Assembly: GCA_964016885.1 (NCBI GenBank)
Contig: OZ024754.1
Span: forward strand, 18,104,001-18,168,000
Direction: 5' to 3'
DNA from: Eledone cirrhosa
Taxonomy: Eukaryota
DNA: 64,000 nt
This document shows, one piece after another, positions 12,311-25,829 of this stretch; the stretch's first letter is position 1, and each line of letters begins with the position of its first letter. A model generated the notes under the pieces. It ran no database searches. It saw only the letters and a list, made by a program, of their open reading frames with translations, and had not been told where the DNA came from. A program made the translations under genes and the position numbers.

Positions 12311-14940
12311 TCATCATCATCATTTAACGTCTATCTTGCACGCTGGCATGGGTTAGACGGGAGTTGTCCCACTTGAGGCAAGATTGGTCGGGTGACCTTG
12401 TCTCACCTGTTTGGCAGGTTTTCTACAGCTGGATGCCCTTCCACATTTATAGTGTTGACTGGGAACTTTTTACCGTGTTACCTACACGGCCACATTACAG
12501 CGTGGACTGTGTGTTTTTTGGTCGTGACACCTACACAATCTCATTAGTTTGGACTGGATGTTGTGGTACCAACTCAATAGAGAAAGGGTGGTGTTGGCGG
12601 GAGTGGGAGGGTATTTGGTTTGGAGGGGCCCATTGACTGTAGGTTAAATTTGAACGTAGGGAAGGTGGGTCTCTTGTAATACTGCGTGGCGCCAAAGATC
12701 TTGATCCAGTGACATTGTCTTAGAGAAGTGCAAGTGTGCAAGGTTGGAATTTATCATGTCCTCCCACATTTTTTGGGGTCTACCTACTTCGTAATTTGCA
12801 TCAATTTTGATCGCCCTGCACTTTTTTGTACAGCTGTCGTCTTTCATGCGCATCACGTAACCATACACACGTAGTCTTCTATCAAGTAAACAGCATCTGA
12901 TCCCTCTTATTCCTAATTTCCCACTTAGTTCATTTATGCTTTGCCATTCACGTATATTACTATTACACATCCAACAGAGTATGCATGCTTCGTTCCTTTC
13001 CAGTCTGTGCAAGTCCTCTGCACACAATGCCCATGTCTCACTGCCATGTAACATTGCTGTTCGTATACAGGCATCATACAATCTGCCTTTCATTTTTAGA
13101 GAGAAACATTTAGTGGCCAACAGCGTTGTAAGCTCTCTGAACTTTTTCCATTCCGTTCTGACTCTGGCTACTGTACTTTCAGAACACCCACCACCACTGC
13201 TGATTTTGTCACCCAGGTAACGGAAAGTGTCCACTATTTCTATAGAACCATCTGGGCAGTAGAAGGAGCTAGTATCCTGTGGGCACTTGTTACTTATTGC
13301 ACCTGAGCATCGACCACATATAAAGTCTACATTCTTAAATATCTTGCCAGTGATCTCACTACATCTTTTATGTGCCCATAGTTAGCATCCGGGACATAGA
13401 ATGCAATTTCTCCTACTCCATTCCTACACACTGAGCATGCCCAATTTTCCTTTCTACATACTAGAACTTTAGTCTTAGACAAGTTAACTTTAAGGCCTTT
13501 TGATTTAGGCCATGCTTCCATGTTTGGAATTTCTTCTCTAGTTCAGCCATAGATTCAGCTATGAGAGTGAGATCATCTGCCTATAGGAGTTCCCATGGGC
13601 AGCCGGCCTTAAACTCCTCTGTTATAGCCTGAAGGGCAATAATAAATAGGAGGAGGCTAAGGACAGAGCCTTGATGAACACCAACTTTTACTCTAAATTC
13701 TTCACTATATTCATTGTTAATTCTAACCTTACTGACTGTATCTTTATACATGGCTTGTATAGCTCTCACAAGCCATTCATCTACTCCTAGCTTGTCAAAG
13801 GCTTTTTCCAAGTCAACAAAAGCTAAGTAGAGGGGTTTACTTTTAGCTAGGTACTTCTCCTGTAGTTGTCGTACAAGGAAAAGAGCATCTGTGGTACTTT
13901 TACCTGACACAAACGCAAACTGCATTTCATCTAGATCAATTCAATCTCCGATTAGTTGTGCTATAACTCTTTCTGTGCTCTTCATGGCCTGGTCAACTAA
14001 CTTAATGCCTCTATAGTTTCCCCTATCTAGAGCATCTCCTTTACCCTTCTAGCAGTTAACAATGATGCTCCTACGCCAGTCCTTCGGTATGACCCCATTC
14101 TGTATTCCTTGGTTTACTATACGGGTGGCCATAGTATGTCCCACCATTCCAGATGCTTTCAACATCTCAGCAACTATCTCCGAAGGCCCAGCTGCCTTAC
14201 CTGTCTTCATATCTTTGATTGCCTTACTTATTATACTACCATTAACTTGCACTGCTGATCTCTCTATTGGATCGATTTGGGGCAGACTATCTTTTTCCCA
14301 TTTATTCTCCTCATTTTGTAGTCTCTCGTAGTGACACTTCCAAGCTACCTTCTTATCAGTATCAGTGAGGGCAAGTACACCATCATCATTACGGACACAC
14401 TTCTCCCCGACAATATCACGGTTTTCCTTGACACTTTGTCTTGCAATCCTGAACACCTCACGTTTTTGGTCCTCGCGTTGTAGAACATCCTTGAACTTTT
14501 AATCCTCTCTTCCCTTCTTGCAAGGTACACTTGTCTCCTAGCTTCTCTCCTGGTCACTTGATAGTGTTCTCTACTTCCCACTCCACCATACTTTCTAAGC
14601 CTGCTTTTTGGCCTTGATAGACTCCTCCACCACCAAGTTACTCTCCACCTGCCAATAGGTCTGCTCCAGCCACAGATTTCATGTTGCCTTCAGCAGGTTA
14701 ACTTTCAAAAATTCCCACTGTTCCTCTATATTGTATGTCTCTAATTACTCTTCCTTACTGTCAAACGCATCAAGTAATAAGCTTTTAAATTAGTCACTGG
14801 CTGTGGGGTCCTTCAACTTCCATATTCTTCTCCTCAAAGTAGTCCACCTCTGTCGTCGAGTACGTCTAGTCCTGACTATGAGGTCACTAACTACTAGACT
14901 ATGTTGGGAGGTGCATTCTTCACGGGGGATGGACTTAGTC
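12311..14940 (-). mobile_element. 5'-truncated RTE LINE
   Basis: ORFs 14049-14456, 13581-13925 (FVDLEKAFD, QGSVLS) and 12644-13234. The 3' UTR matches that of the 2149-4360 copy. Confidence 0.92.
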
Positions 14941-15381
14941 TTTATATGCTTATATGGACTGCACCCAATGACATCAGAAACATGGGCTGCACACTCATGG
15001 ATTTTCAACCGGGCAGTATCCCATATTTTTGGGTTCAACTAACCACACCTCCAGCCCTGCAAGAAAAATTAGCTACCTAATTTTTGTCTTCCCACCTCAT
15101 TTAATGACGCAATTAAATCGTTTATTCTCTTTGCGTGCATTTTGCTGTATCTGAAGAGAATATTTTCACATGTTACCATTACATCTTCCTATTTTCTAAA
15201 GGCAATATTTGCTAGTAATGTTTTTGATATATTTACATCTGCATCCACAGATTGATATATCCCAGTCTCATAAGATCCCACTTCAGGGTGAAAGCAGAAA
15301 ATGTCTGCTTAAACTTTTAATCGGTGCTAATAATATATATATTCATTCCTGATATACATAAACAAAACCTTATCTACCTTC

Positions 15382-15426
<45 letters not shown>

Positions 15427-16369
15427 TAACCTGACAAGAAAGAAAACAAGCTAAAAAAATTCCTCACAAGTTAATTCCTATTCAACTGACAACCATAAAT
15501 ACTATCTGAAGATCGAGAACATCAGAACCAACAGAAATTCAAAACCATAACATTTTGAACAATGAATACAAGTTCTATGAGTTAGCAAGTGTTGATTGTA
15601 TTTTACTTAGCATGGAATGACCGAAATAAAGATATTTGCATTTTCTTGAAGCAAATATTCTATAGCTGGATGTTGTTATGACAATTATTCTCTCAAGAAA
15701 AGGTAGAAGAAACTGAAGAGAATGAAACAAATATAATCAGGTGGATTTCACCAAAGTATTGAACATAATGTCTACAAGAACAGTAACTATTTGTACAACT
15801 AATGTTCAATATCAGACAATTGAAACAGATGGTTAAAATAACAGCATTCTAAATAAATATCTATAAATGTAGCTACTAAAATAAAGTAAAACCACATCAA
15901 GAAATACAAACTTGCTGATTCTTCCTTTCATTAAACAGATAAGAGTACTAGCCTAATGGAGGCTTTCATTAAAAATCTTTTAAATCATCTGACTGCTGTG
16001 ATTTCACTTGTTACTCTACTGTTCCTATTTATGCGAGGCCATCACCAATGGATGTGATATATAAATAGCCTGAATGTTGTAAAGAGCTATTGGCAACATA
16101 AAACCACATTCAGCAATGGATGTGAGATATAGATGGTCTGAGTGTTCTTGAGACCTCCAGGGCCTGAGTGTTGTAGTGAGCTCTTAGCAAGGTAAACTCA
16201 CGTTCAGGTTGGAAGTCTGGTTAAGCAATTTCATTTCGCATACTCCTCATACCTGAAATTTCCTGTTGTTTTTAATCATTCTATAAGGTGTGAATTCACC
16301 TTGACACACTACAAAGTCCTTGATGCTGACACATATTTTTTAAACTTTTTTTGTTTCTTTGATCACTCC

Positions 16370-16925
16370 AAACAAGGCAATAAAGTCACTAAACTGCAAG
16401 GGATTACTGAGAAGGGAGAAGGACAAGACAGAGAGAACACAACACCAAGCAAGGCAATAAAGCCACTAAACTGCAAGGGAGAAGGGAGAAGGACAAGATA
16501 GAGAAGACATAATTCAAGGAGAGAGAGAAGTTGATGATTGATGTAGCTCTTGAAATTTTCCAAATTGTTGTTAACAAGAAACTGGAAGACAATTCCATAA
16601 GCGAGATGTGTGAGGGAAGAAACTATCAGAATAGAATTTGTGAACTTCAACTGTAAATAGATTGGACTTAGCCTGAATTTCCATTTAAATTTGTGAATAT
16701 AGAGTAACCAAGAGGAAAGCTCATCTGAACAATTCCCATGAAAATATCTATTAAAAAGAGGCAAAGAGAGGCAATATTCTGATGGTGTGATAATGATTAA
16801 AGCTGCCATGATAAGTCAGGACCAATAATGTTGACTACTCATTCTTCTTTGGATCTTATCTAGACTGTCACGGTGTACGACAAAAGCGAAACACAACACC
16901 TGATGTGGCAGCAGTACTCAATACA
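16370..16925 (-). mobile_element. CR1/Jockey-group LINE 3' fragment
   Basis: ORF 16363-16809 contains SLPLFNRYFHGNCSDELSS, resembling the post-RT C-terminus of these LINEs. A short 3' segment is duplicated at 16385-16500. Confidence 0.6.
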
Positions 16926-17984
16926 GGGACAAATGGTAGATTTATAAATATTCTCCGAGAGGAGTCATAAAATAAAGACCAACAGATTAATGACAATAAA
17001 TAGCATGACAAATTTGAATAATAAAAATCTGAGGGCTATAAAATTACTATTTCATTTTGCTCATAAAGTAAAAACTATAGAAAAAATTCATTCCTTCTAT
17101 TTCAAAGGAAATTAACCTTTCATTTTGCAAAAGACACTAAAGTTTCATTCAAATTTATGACTTAGAAAGCAATTCATACCTGTATTTCTTAAAAATTACA
17201 ATTGCAGAAGAAGATGAAAAAAAGATATTTAGGGTAATGACTTGAGATAAGAAATCTTTGTATAAAATCCATGTCAAACCTTTCAGTATCCAGAAAGAAA
17301 TAAAAAAAAAAAAAGAACTTGTTGAAATATTCCAAGAACTTTACCAATACTGAAATCAACATTTTAAAAACTTTGATCTAATTAATTGCCTTATAATCTA
17401 TTAAACTTTGGTCTAATTAATGGCTTGATAAATGTATAAAAGACTTCAGAACTACAAGCTTTATTTGATGATTTTCAGTTATGGGGTATATTAAAAAAAC
17501 CTTAGTTTTGCTATGATTTTTCAATGTGGCTTTTGCCAATTTAATTCCAATTTTAATGACTCTTAGGGAAAGTGGGTATTAAACAATGATGATGATATCA
17601 TTGCAGTACCATTCTCTTTCTTATGTCCACAAAAAAAATTAGGCTGGCCCATCTTTCCCTGGTCATGTGACTCTTTTAAATACTGCATGTATGGAGCCAT
17701 AGAGGTACTGTTCTAATACAAGAAGATGTGTCTTAGGCACTTTAAACCTGACAGAGCCTAACTCTCTCCATGTTTGAACACACCCAATTTCTTTCAGAAA
17801 AAGAGAGAATGAGAGAGAGGAAGAATAGACCCCAGTAAGGGGCTGGTACATTATCAACCTCAGAAGGCAAAGTTGACCTCAGCAGGATTTAAAATAAGAG
17901 TGCAGAGAGCAGGAACAAATACATTCTATCTGATGTTCTAACAACTCTGCCAAATTATTGAAAACTTCTAATTATTCACGTTAA

Positions 17985-18432
17985 TTAAAATGAGTCTGGC
18001 TTACTTTTCTCTGGTCACCTGGACCTTCTAAAAACTCACGTCCCCTAAAATGAAATTAGCCCACCTTTCTCTGGCCATCTGGACCTTCTAAAAACTCATG
18101 TCCTCCAAAATGAGGCTGGCCCACCATTCTCAGCTCATCTGGACCTTTTAAAAATTTCTGTCCACTAAAACAAGGCTAGCCCACCTTTCTCAGCTCATCT
18201 GGACCTTTTAAACACATCTGTCCACTAAAACAAGGCTAGCCCACCTTTCTCAGTTTATCTGCACCTTTTAAACACTTCTGTCCACTAAAACAAGGTTAGC
18301 CCACCTTTCTCAGCTCATCTGGACCTTTTAAACACTTCTGTCCACTAAAACAAGGTTAGCCCCCCTTTCACAGCTCATCTGGACCTTTTAAACACTCATA
18401 TCCACTAAAATGAGGCTGGTTCACCTTTCTCT
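17985..18432. repeat. 60-bp tandem repeat, about 7 copies
   Basis: CCACCTTTCTCAGCTCATCTGGACCTTTTAAACACTTCTGTCCACTAAAACAAGGCTAGC recurs in register every 60 bp. Confidence 0.95.
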
Positions 18433-18684
18433 ACTGCTTATTTCATGCTAACAACATGTTTAGAAATATCACAAACATTCCAGTATCAATTTTTTTCTCC
18501 TTCACACAAACATTAAAAAATATATATATTCTAGTGTGGTATTGAACTATTCAATTCTTGATTATAAATTCAATTTTGTGAAATGGATAAAATACAAATT
18601 ACTGGCTTATGAGTTCATGTTGTCCTGAATCTATTTTTATTTTGTATCATTATATATCAGTATATATAAACCCATAGAGCAATC

Positions 18685-18906
18685 TGTGGGTATGGTGTGG
18701 TGTGCGGTGGCCGGAAGCTGGGGAGTGCTCGACCGGAAGGGCCAGCAGATCGGTCTCTCTCTAGTGGTGACCAGGAACGGTGTGGACGCGAGTTTGGCAG
18801 CTCCCGGGTGTTAATGAGTTGGATGCACGTGGAAGAGGAGAAACCTGCCATGGGATTTAGCGGCGCCTATGAAAAGCGGTAAGTGAGATAGCTTTTTCTA
18901 ACCACA
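18685..18906 (+). repeat. 5' LTR
   Basis: Direct repeat of 22582-22819 with TG...CA ends. Confidence 0.95.
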
Positions 18907-19035
18907 AGCTATTTCGGCACTGGAAACTGAGATCTGATTGAAAAAAAACAAACTTTCTCGAAAACAAAGCTACTGGAAAAACAGAGAGGAGTCTGTTGTT
19001 TTTTTTTTATTACGTACCGCAAGACAAATTAGGAT

Positions 19036-19790
19036 ATGGTGACGAGACTACGAATGAGCGAAGCGATTAGGGCATTTACCGGTGAAGGCGACGTCGCTTG
19101 GCTGCGAAAAGTCCGGCTGTTCGCAAGCGTACAGAAGATAGAAGATGTGGCTGGCCTCATGGCACTGTACCTCGAGGGGGACGCGTTGGTACTCTTCCTT
19201 GAGTTGGATGAACACAGCCAAAGGGATGCGCAAAAGATTGAAAGGCGCATGATGGAAGCGTTCGCGGAGGGACCGTTAGCCGTTTTTGCTAAGCTGGCAA
19301 GAATTAGACGGAACGGTGAACGTGTTGATATTTTCGCAGTGGAAATACGGCGATTGGCCATGTTGGCTGGATATCAGGTGGAATACGAACGCACGGTGTG
19401 GTTGGCGTTCATAAATGGATTTCCAGACGACGTAGCGGTGAAACTGCAGTAAGTCCCGGGTTACAAAGAAATGGAGATGCTATCACTGGTGGAGCAAGTC
19501 CGTATCATAACAGAAGATGCCAAGAAGAATGTCGCGGCGATAGCAACTAGAGGCTCAAGACAGCTGTCAGCGATATGGTGAAAGGGAGGCAACCACGGCA
19601 TGCGGTCGCCCGCGAACGTTTAGAGGTCGCTGTTTTAGGTGCCAGGGCCCGCACATGGCGAGAGACTGTAGAGAGTCAAGGCCGGAAATAATATGCTACC
19701 GGTGTAAGCACCCAGGCCACATAGCTACTAACTGCAACCAGGGAAACGATCCAAGGGGAACTACTGTGCTGGTAGTTGCCCCTTACGAGT
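19036..19790 (+). pseudogene. gag: gag with zinc knuckles; interrupted by stops and a frameshift
   Basis: ORF 19036-19452 followed by knuckle motifs CFRCQGPHMARDC and CYRCKHPGHIATNC near 19630-19740. Confidence 0.8.
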
Positions 19791-22560
19791 AGAGGCTCTG
19801 CCCGTAGTGGAAGTCTTCGTGAGGGGAAAGCCACAGCGAGCCCTCGTGGACACGGGCTGTATGACGACACTGGTGACCGCAGGGGTGGCGCAGAGGTGGA
19901 GAGGGAAGAGCAGCGTAAGGGCAGTCGACGGCAGGAAAATTGAATGCCGAGGTCGCAGCGAGGTGGAGATGGCGGTACGGGGAAGGAAAATAAGGCTTTC
20001 TGCCATCGTAGTTGACAACGTGGTGGATGGGATCGGCGTGGTTATGGGCATGGACGCAATTGGCCGTCTAGGAGGCGTCACAGTGAACAACGTTGGTGTG
20101 TCGTTTGGCGGCACTGCATCGGTATGTGCTGTGAGTACGCGACAGGAGAACCAGAAGGCCCACGAGGAGAAATACCCTGCTTACACTGTGCAGGACAAAG
20201 ACTTCAAGGCCGTGTTCGATGGGCAGCGATGGGTTGTTGAGTGGTACTGGAAGGGAGAACCACCAACACTGAAGGCCAAAGTGGGCTGCTATCAACACAC
20301 ATTGAAGGGAAACATTAGGAGTGAGTTCGAGCAAGAGGTAGAGAGATGGATTGAGGCGGGCATACTGCTTCCCTGGAAAGAGGTGAAGTGTGGAGTATTG
20401 CCGTTAATGGCAGTGGCGCAACCCATGAAGAACAAGGTGAGGCCGGTACTGGACTTTCGGGAGCTGAACGAGCACGTGTCATGCCACATGGGTGGCGAGG
20501 TCACAGATGTCTGTGGGGAAACCCTGCGTGAGTGGAGACGCATGACGGGGCGTTCCGCAATCGTAGATCTAAAGTCGGCATAATTGCAATTGCATATAGA
20601 TGAGAAGCTCTGGCAGTATCAGCTGGACATATTGCCTGACCAGGCTCGGTTTCGGGCTGAGCTCCGCACCGAAGATCATGGCGGCGGTCCTCAAGACCAT
20701 TCTGGGAAAGGCCGACAAGATGAAGAGGGCCATTAACTCCTACATTGACGACATCCTAGTGGACGAGTCTGTAGTGTCGGCGGCGGAGGTCACGAGCCAT
20801 TTACAGGGGTATGGACTGGCTGCGAAGCCGTCAGAAGCGTTGGAGGGAGGAGCCACGCTGGGACTTAGGCTACGGCGAGACAGGACAAGCGTCTTGGTAT
20901 TCCAGAGGGGAAATGAAGTGTCAGAACTGGGCCCAAGTATGAGTAGGCGGGAGCTTTTCTCGGTGTGTGGAAAGTTCGTGGGTCACTACCGTGGGTCACT
21001 GGGTGGCTCCGGACGGCATGCAGGTATGTCAAGAGACGTGCGGGAGGGGTGACTTGGAGTGCAGAGTGGGAGAGAGGATGGTGGCCATGATGCAGGAGAT
21101 TGTGGAGAGGGTGAAGGCCGACGACCCAGTGCGGGGACGCTGGTATGTTCCCAAATCGCAAAGCGGGACCATATGGTGCGATGCCAGCAGCATAGCGCTG
21201 GGTGTCACGTTGGAGATAGGTGTTGAGGTCGAGGATGCAGCCTGGCTTAGGAAGAAGGACGACTGCAACCACATCAATGTGGCCGAGCTGGACGCGGTGT
21301 TGAGAGGGGTGAACCTCACCCTGAGGTGGGGATTGCGCACCATCGAGGTACGCACGGACTCGGCTACTGTACTCGGATGGGTGAGATCAGTGCTCACCAG
21401 TGAGAAGAGAGTGCGAACGAGAGGGGTGGCAGAGATGCTGATAAAGCGCCGCCTGGGAACTTTAGGAGAGCTGGCCACCGAGTTCGACCTGAGGCTGAGT
21501 GTAGTTTTCGTGCCCTCAGAGAAAAATAGGGCGGACGTCTTAACCAGGGTGAAGAAAGCCTGGATGGAAGCGCCGGAGGAGGTAGAAGATGAGATAGCTG
21601 CCGTGTGTCGGCTAACCGAGTCAGATCTGAAAGGGTTGCATGACATGCACCACATGGTAGTGGATAGGACCCTGTTCCTAGCCAGGAGAATCGACTCGGA
21701 TGTTAACAGACACAGTGTTCAAAGGGTGGTTAGAGGCTGCATCCAATGTCATCCATTGATCCCGCCCCGGGTGGGCACGAAATGGGAAGCCTCCCGGTGG
21801 ATCGTGACAGGAAGCGATTGGTGGTGGATGTAACACACTACCGACAGGGAACGTACCTCTCGATGGTCGACTGTGGACCAGGACGGATGGTGATATGGAG
21901 GGAGATGAAGACTGGAACGGCCGAGGAAATCATGCGGACGTTGAGAGAGGTGTTCTTGGAGCGGGGCCCTGTGGATGAACTGCTGATGGACAACAGCGCA
22001 GCGTTCCGCTCGGAGGCGCTGAGGGAGATGGATGGAAGGTGGACCATTTCTTCAGAGCAGCGCACAGGCCGAGCGGAAATGGAATTGTGGAGTGACACCA
22101 CCGGACGATCAAGGCAATGGTGGAGCGGGGCCATATCTCACCAATGGAGGCAGTGTTCTGGTACAACATGTCCCCTCGGGTGGGACAGGTTGAGGAATTG
22201 GTGCCACACAGAGCAGTATTCAGATACGAGTGGCGGCACCTGTGCACGCCACCACAACGGCCAGTGGGGAGAGAGAATGCATTCATGCAGGTGGGCGAAG
22301 AAGTTTGGGTTAAGCCCCCAGATGCACGTTGCACATCTCAATAGGGAAGGGGAACAGTGACGGCCGTAAATTCCCAGAACAATGTGTCCGTGGACGGAGT
22401 ACCACGTCATGTCCTGGATGTCCGTAGAATCACTGTCAACGGACTCCAAGGAAGAGGAAACCCAAAGTGCCGCCCCAACACTGCGGAGATCGCAAAGAAG
22501 TCGCAAACCACCAACCTGGACAGCAGACTTTCATATGCAGAAAGACGAGGGGGAAATTGA
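19790..22560 (+). pseudogene. pol: pol (protease, RT, RNase H, integrase), frameshifted
   Basis: ALVDTGC (protease); RPVLDFRELN, RLGFGLSSAP and YIDD (RT); WCDAS...AELDA...TDS (RNase H); H-x3-H...CxxC, LVVDVT and LLMDNSAAF (integrase). Confidence 0.92.
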
Positions 22561-22581
22561 TACTTGAGATCAGGGGGGGCG

Positions 22582-22819
22582 TGTGGGTATGGTGTGGTGT
22601 GCGGTGGCCGGAAGCTGGGGAGTGCTTGGCCGGAAGGGTGCTCGACTGGAAGGGCCAGCAGATCAGTCTCTCTCTAGTGGTGACCAGGAACGGTGTGGAC
22701 GCGAGTTTGGCAGCTCCCGGGTGTTAATGAGTTGGACGCACGTGGAAGAGGAGAAACCAGCCATGGGATTTAGCGGAGCCTATGAAAAGCGGTAAGTGAG
22801 ATAGCTTTTTCTAACCACA
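22582..22819 (+). repeat. 3' LTR
   Basis: Matches the 5' LTR apart from about 5 substitutions and a 16-bp internal tandem duplication. Confidence 0.95.
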
Positions 22820-23433
22820 CAATCATCAAATGGAAATGAAAATATTAATGAAGAAGTGTGTATGTTTTATCTGTTGTCAATGGTTAGCTAAGAAGTGTAC
22901 CTGTGTTTCTGTTATTTGAAATGAAGGTTAAACCCTGATTATTTAGACACAAAATACTCTACCATCTCTTCTGAACTGGTTTCTATCCTTCAGATCGTTT
23001 CTAATTATAATTCCACACGAGGAAGGAGCTCTGTGAGATGGAGTGAATGTCAATGGCTTTTCTCTGCAGCAATGCTTTTGCCATTTAGTCTGTGGGGGAA
23101 TAGCTGAAATATATCGCCTAGATGGGGATGTAGAGTCTGCCACTCGCCTCGCCCTGTTCACATTAATTTTTTTTAAATATTTTGTTTTATTGCAAAAAGT
23201 TATAGAAGCTAAGTTTAGAAATGATACAAAATAACCAAAATATATGGAGATTTGTGGAATTAATGATGATAAACTTAGAGAGCTTCATTAAAAAAAACAA
23301 ACTCAGGTAAACAATGTATAACTTCCTTAATGATAATGGAACAAAAGAAATATTAACAAAAAAAAAAAAGGTTTAAAATATGATAAATATCACCACTTAA
23401 TGACCATTTTCCACTACATGTTTATGTGTATAT

Positions 23434-23718
23434 ATATATTGAAAGGATAACAAGGACGATTGGTTACTCCTTCATTACATTTATTGGTAGGTGACGCGCG
23501 TTTTGCCACTGATCAGCTCAAGGTTCGATCTGTATCGATCTTACCTGACGGACCCTTTAAAATGCTAGTAGAAAATGGGTCCGCCGAGCTGTCGATTATA
23601 GAGTCGGGTAAGATCGATACAGATCGAACCTTGAGCTGATCAGTGGTGAAACACGCGTCACCTACCAATAAGTGTAATGGGGGAGTAACCAATCGTCCTT
23701 GTTATCCTTTCAATATAT
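23434..23718. repeat. Inverted repeat (~115-bp arms, ~53-bp spacer), probably a Penelope-like end
   Basis: 23434-23549 is the near-perfect reverse complement of 23603-23718. Confidence 0.9.
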
Positions 23719-23821
23719 TAGACTCTGTCTAGCTCTACACCTCAACACAGAAGTGAACCTAAACATCGAGTGCTCTCCCGGGTGAATCTGCAGTGACTCC
23801 AAGTTACACTCCCTAGATATA

Positions 23822-23878
23822 TATGTATTATATTTCAAGAGTACCAAAAATTTTGGTACGCTATCATCAGATAAAATA
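23822..23878 (-). ncRNA. Degenerate type I hammerhead ribozyme motif (Naiad-like family)
   Basis: Minus strand reads TATTTTAT CTGATGA TAGC GTACCAAAA T TTTTGGTAC TCTT GAAA TATA ATAC. Confidence 0.55.
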
Positions 23879-24009
23879 CGAAGTGTGTTTTATAAATTTT
23901 GACATAACCAAGGATAATATACCTTAACGGGTCAAGTTACCCCTGTATATGTATATGTGTATATATATATATGTGTATATATATATGTGTATATATATAT
24001 GTATATGTA

Positions 24010-24054
<45 letters not shown>

Positions 24055-24138
24055 GTGTATATATATATGTGTATATATATATGTGTATATGTATATATAT
24101 ATATGTGTATATATATATATGTGTATATATATGTGTAT

Positions 24139-24214
<76 letters not shown>

Positions 24215-24420
24215 GTGTATATATATATGTGTATATATATATGTGTATATGTATATATATATATGTGTATATATATATATATATCTGTTTGTATATATAT
24301 ATATATATATATATATGTTTCTTTTGCGAGGTTTTTGATATGAAATCGTGTGTCGAAACAAATATAGTTATATTTGGGGAGGGTCATATTGTTGTAATAA
24401 TATTGTGCCAGAAATAAGTT

Positions 24421-24481
24421 TTGGTACCCTTGAAATAAATATGGTTTTATAAATATAGTTTCCATTTATTTAATATCATTG

Positions 24482-24557
<76 letters not shown>

Positions 24558-25100
24558 TATATATATATTGTTATATTTGGGGAGGGTCATATTGTCAATA
24601 ATATTGCCAGAAATAATAACAGAACACACTCACTGTTTGGTTGGTTTTTGCTTCTGTATCTTTTATATCTCTTATATAGAGAAGACAAAAATAAATAAAT
24701 AAATAAACAGATAAAATAAAAATGGCGTAGACATACAATACAATACAACAGGAGGAACATAATAGTACCACTGATGATGTTGCAGATTTGCAACGAAAAA
24801 TCTTTGTTAGACTATATATATGTGTTTATATCTATATTATATCTGTATTTTAGACCGTTGGTCAGTCAATGATAAACATTGAGGACCAAATAAATTAACT
24901 GTAGAGATATAAAAGATACAGAAGCAAAAACCAACCAAACAGTGTGTTCTGTTATTATTCCAGCAATATTATACAACAATATGATCCTCCTCAAATATAA
25001 CAATATATATATAAATATATACACAATTGATATTAAATAAATGGAAACTATATTTATAAAACCATATTTATTCTATTATATATATTTCAAGGGTACCAAC
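24421..25100. repeat. Inverted repeat (arms ~24421-24673 and ~24903-25100)
   Basis: For example, CACTGTTTGGTTGGTTTTTGCTTCTGTATCTTTTATATCTCT pairs with AGAGATATAAAAGATACAGAAGCAAAAACCAACCAAACAGTG. Confidence 0.88.
24762..24815 (+). ncRNA. Type I hammerhead ribozyme motif
   Basis: ATAGTACCA CTGATGA T GTTGCA-GATT-TGCAAC GAAA AATCTT TGTTAGACTAT: intact core and perfect 6-bp stem II; stems I and III are imperfect. Confidence 0.65.
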
Positions 25101-25130
25101 AATTTTGGTATGCTACCATCAGATAAAATA
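25069..25130 (-). ncRNA. Hammerhead motif with an A9G core change
   Basis: Minus strand reads TATTTTAT CTGATGG TAGCATACCAAAATTGTTGGTACCCTT GAAA TATATATA ATAGAATA. Confidence 0.55.
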
Positions 25131-25349
25131 CAAAATGTTTTATAAATATTTGACATGACCAAGGATGATATACCTTAATCGTTCAAGCTATCCCTGGAAA
25201 GGATATATATATATATATTTAAAAGTTAAACAAGGTTCATTGAATAAATCAAAGAATGAATTTTACAATACAATGGAAGCACTCAACAGTTTGGTTTTCC
25301 AGAGTTATTAATATTAATTCAAAATATTAACAAAATAGATTTCTTGTGA

Positions 25350-25416
25350 TATTTTATTATACATATTTCAGAGGTACTGAGTTAAGTTCAACAGTACGTC
25401 CTCATCAGATAAATTA
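25350..25416 (-). ncRNA. Type I hammerhead ribozyme in the inverted pLTR
   Basis: Minus strand reads TAATTTAT CTGATGA GGAC GTACTG..CAGTAC CTCT GAAA TATGT ATA ATAAAATA. Confidence 0.72.
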
Positions 25417-25829
25417 AGATGATGCATGACATACCCTGACATAGTAGATGGTTAAGATTCAGTCATGGTAGTGAGTAATATATGACAAAACTCAATATTT
25501 ATACCTTAATATTGAGAACATGAGAAAAATATATAATACATACAATAGAGAGGGTGCGTGTAATACAGCTTAAAAAATACATGGCATCAATATAACAGTT
25601 AAAAAATTTAAATTACTGAAGAAAGAGGAAAGAAAGGAAAGCATAGAGGATGAAACAGCTGATGGGATAATATAGTTAGTAGGTGCCTCGAAAGACAAAT
25701 GAGAGATGATTAAAGACAGAGAGAGACAAAGGGGAATAATTTATGTTCAAGTTTATAGACAATTATCCATATATACAATATATATCTAAACTTATTTGGT
25801 TGACCGTTAATATTCAAAATATTTAATTT

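Larger units (their letters stand above)
18685..22819 (+). mobile_element. Full-length Ty3/Gypsy LTR retrotransposon (mutated)
   Basis: Two LTRs (TGTGG...CCACA), 5-bp TSD CAATC (18680-18684 and 22820-22824), PPT AGGGGGGGCG at 22572-22581, and domain order gag-PR-RT-RNaseH-INT. Confidence 0.95.
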
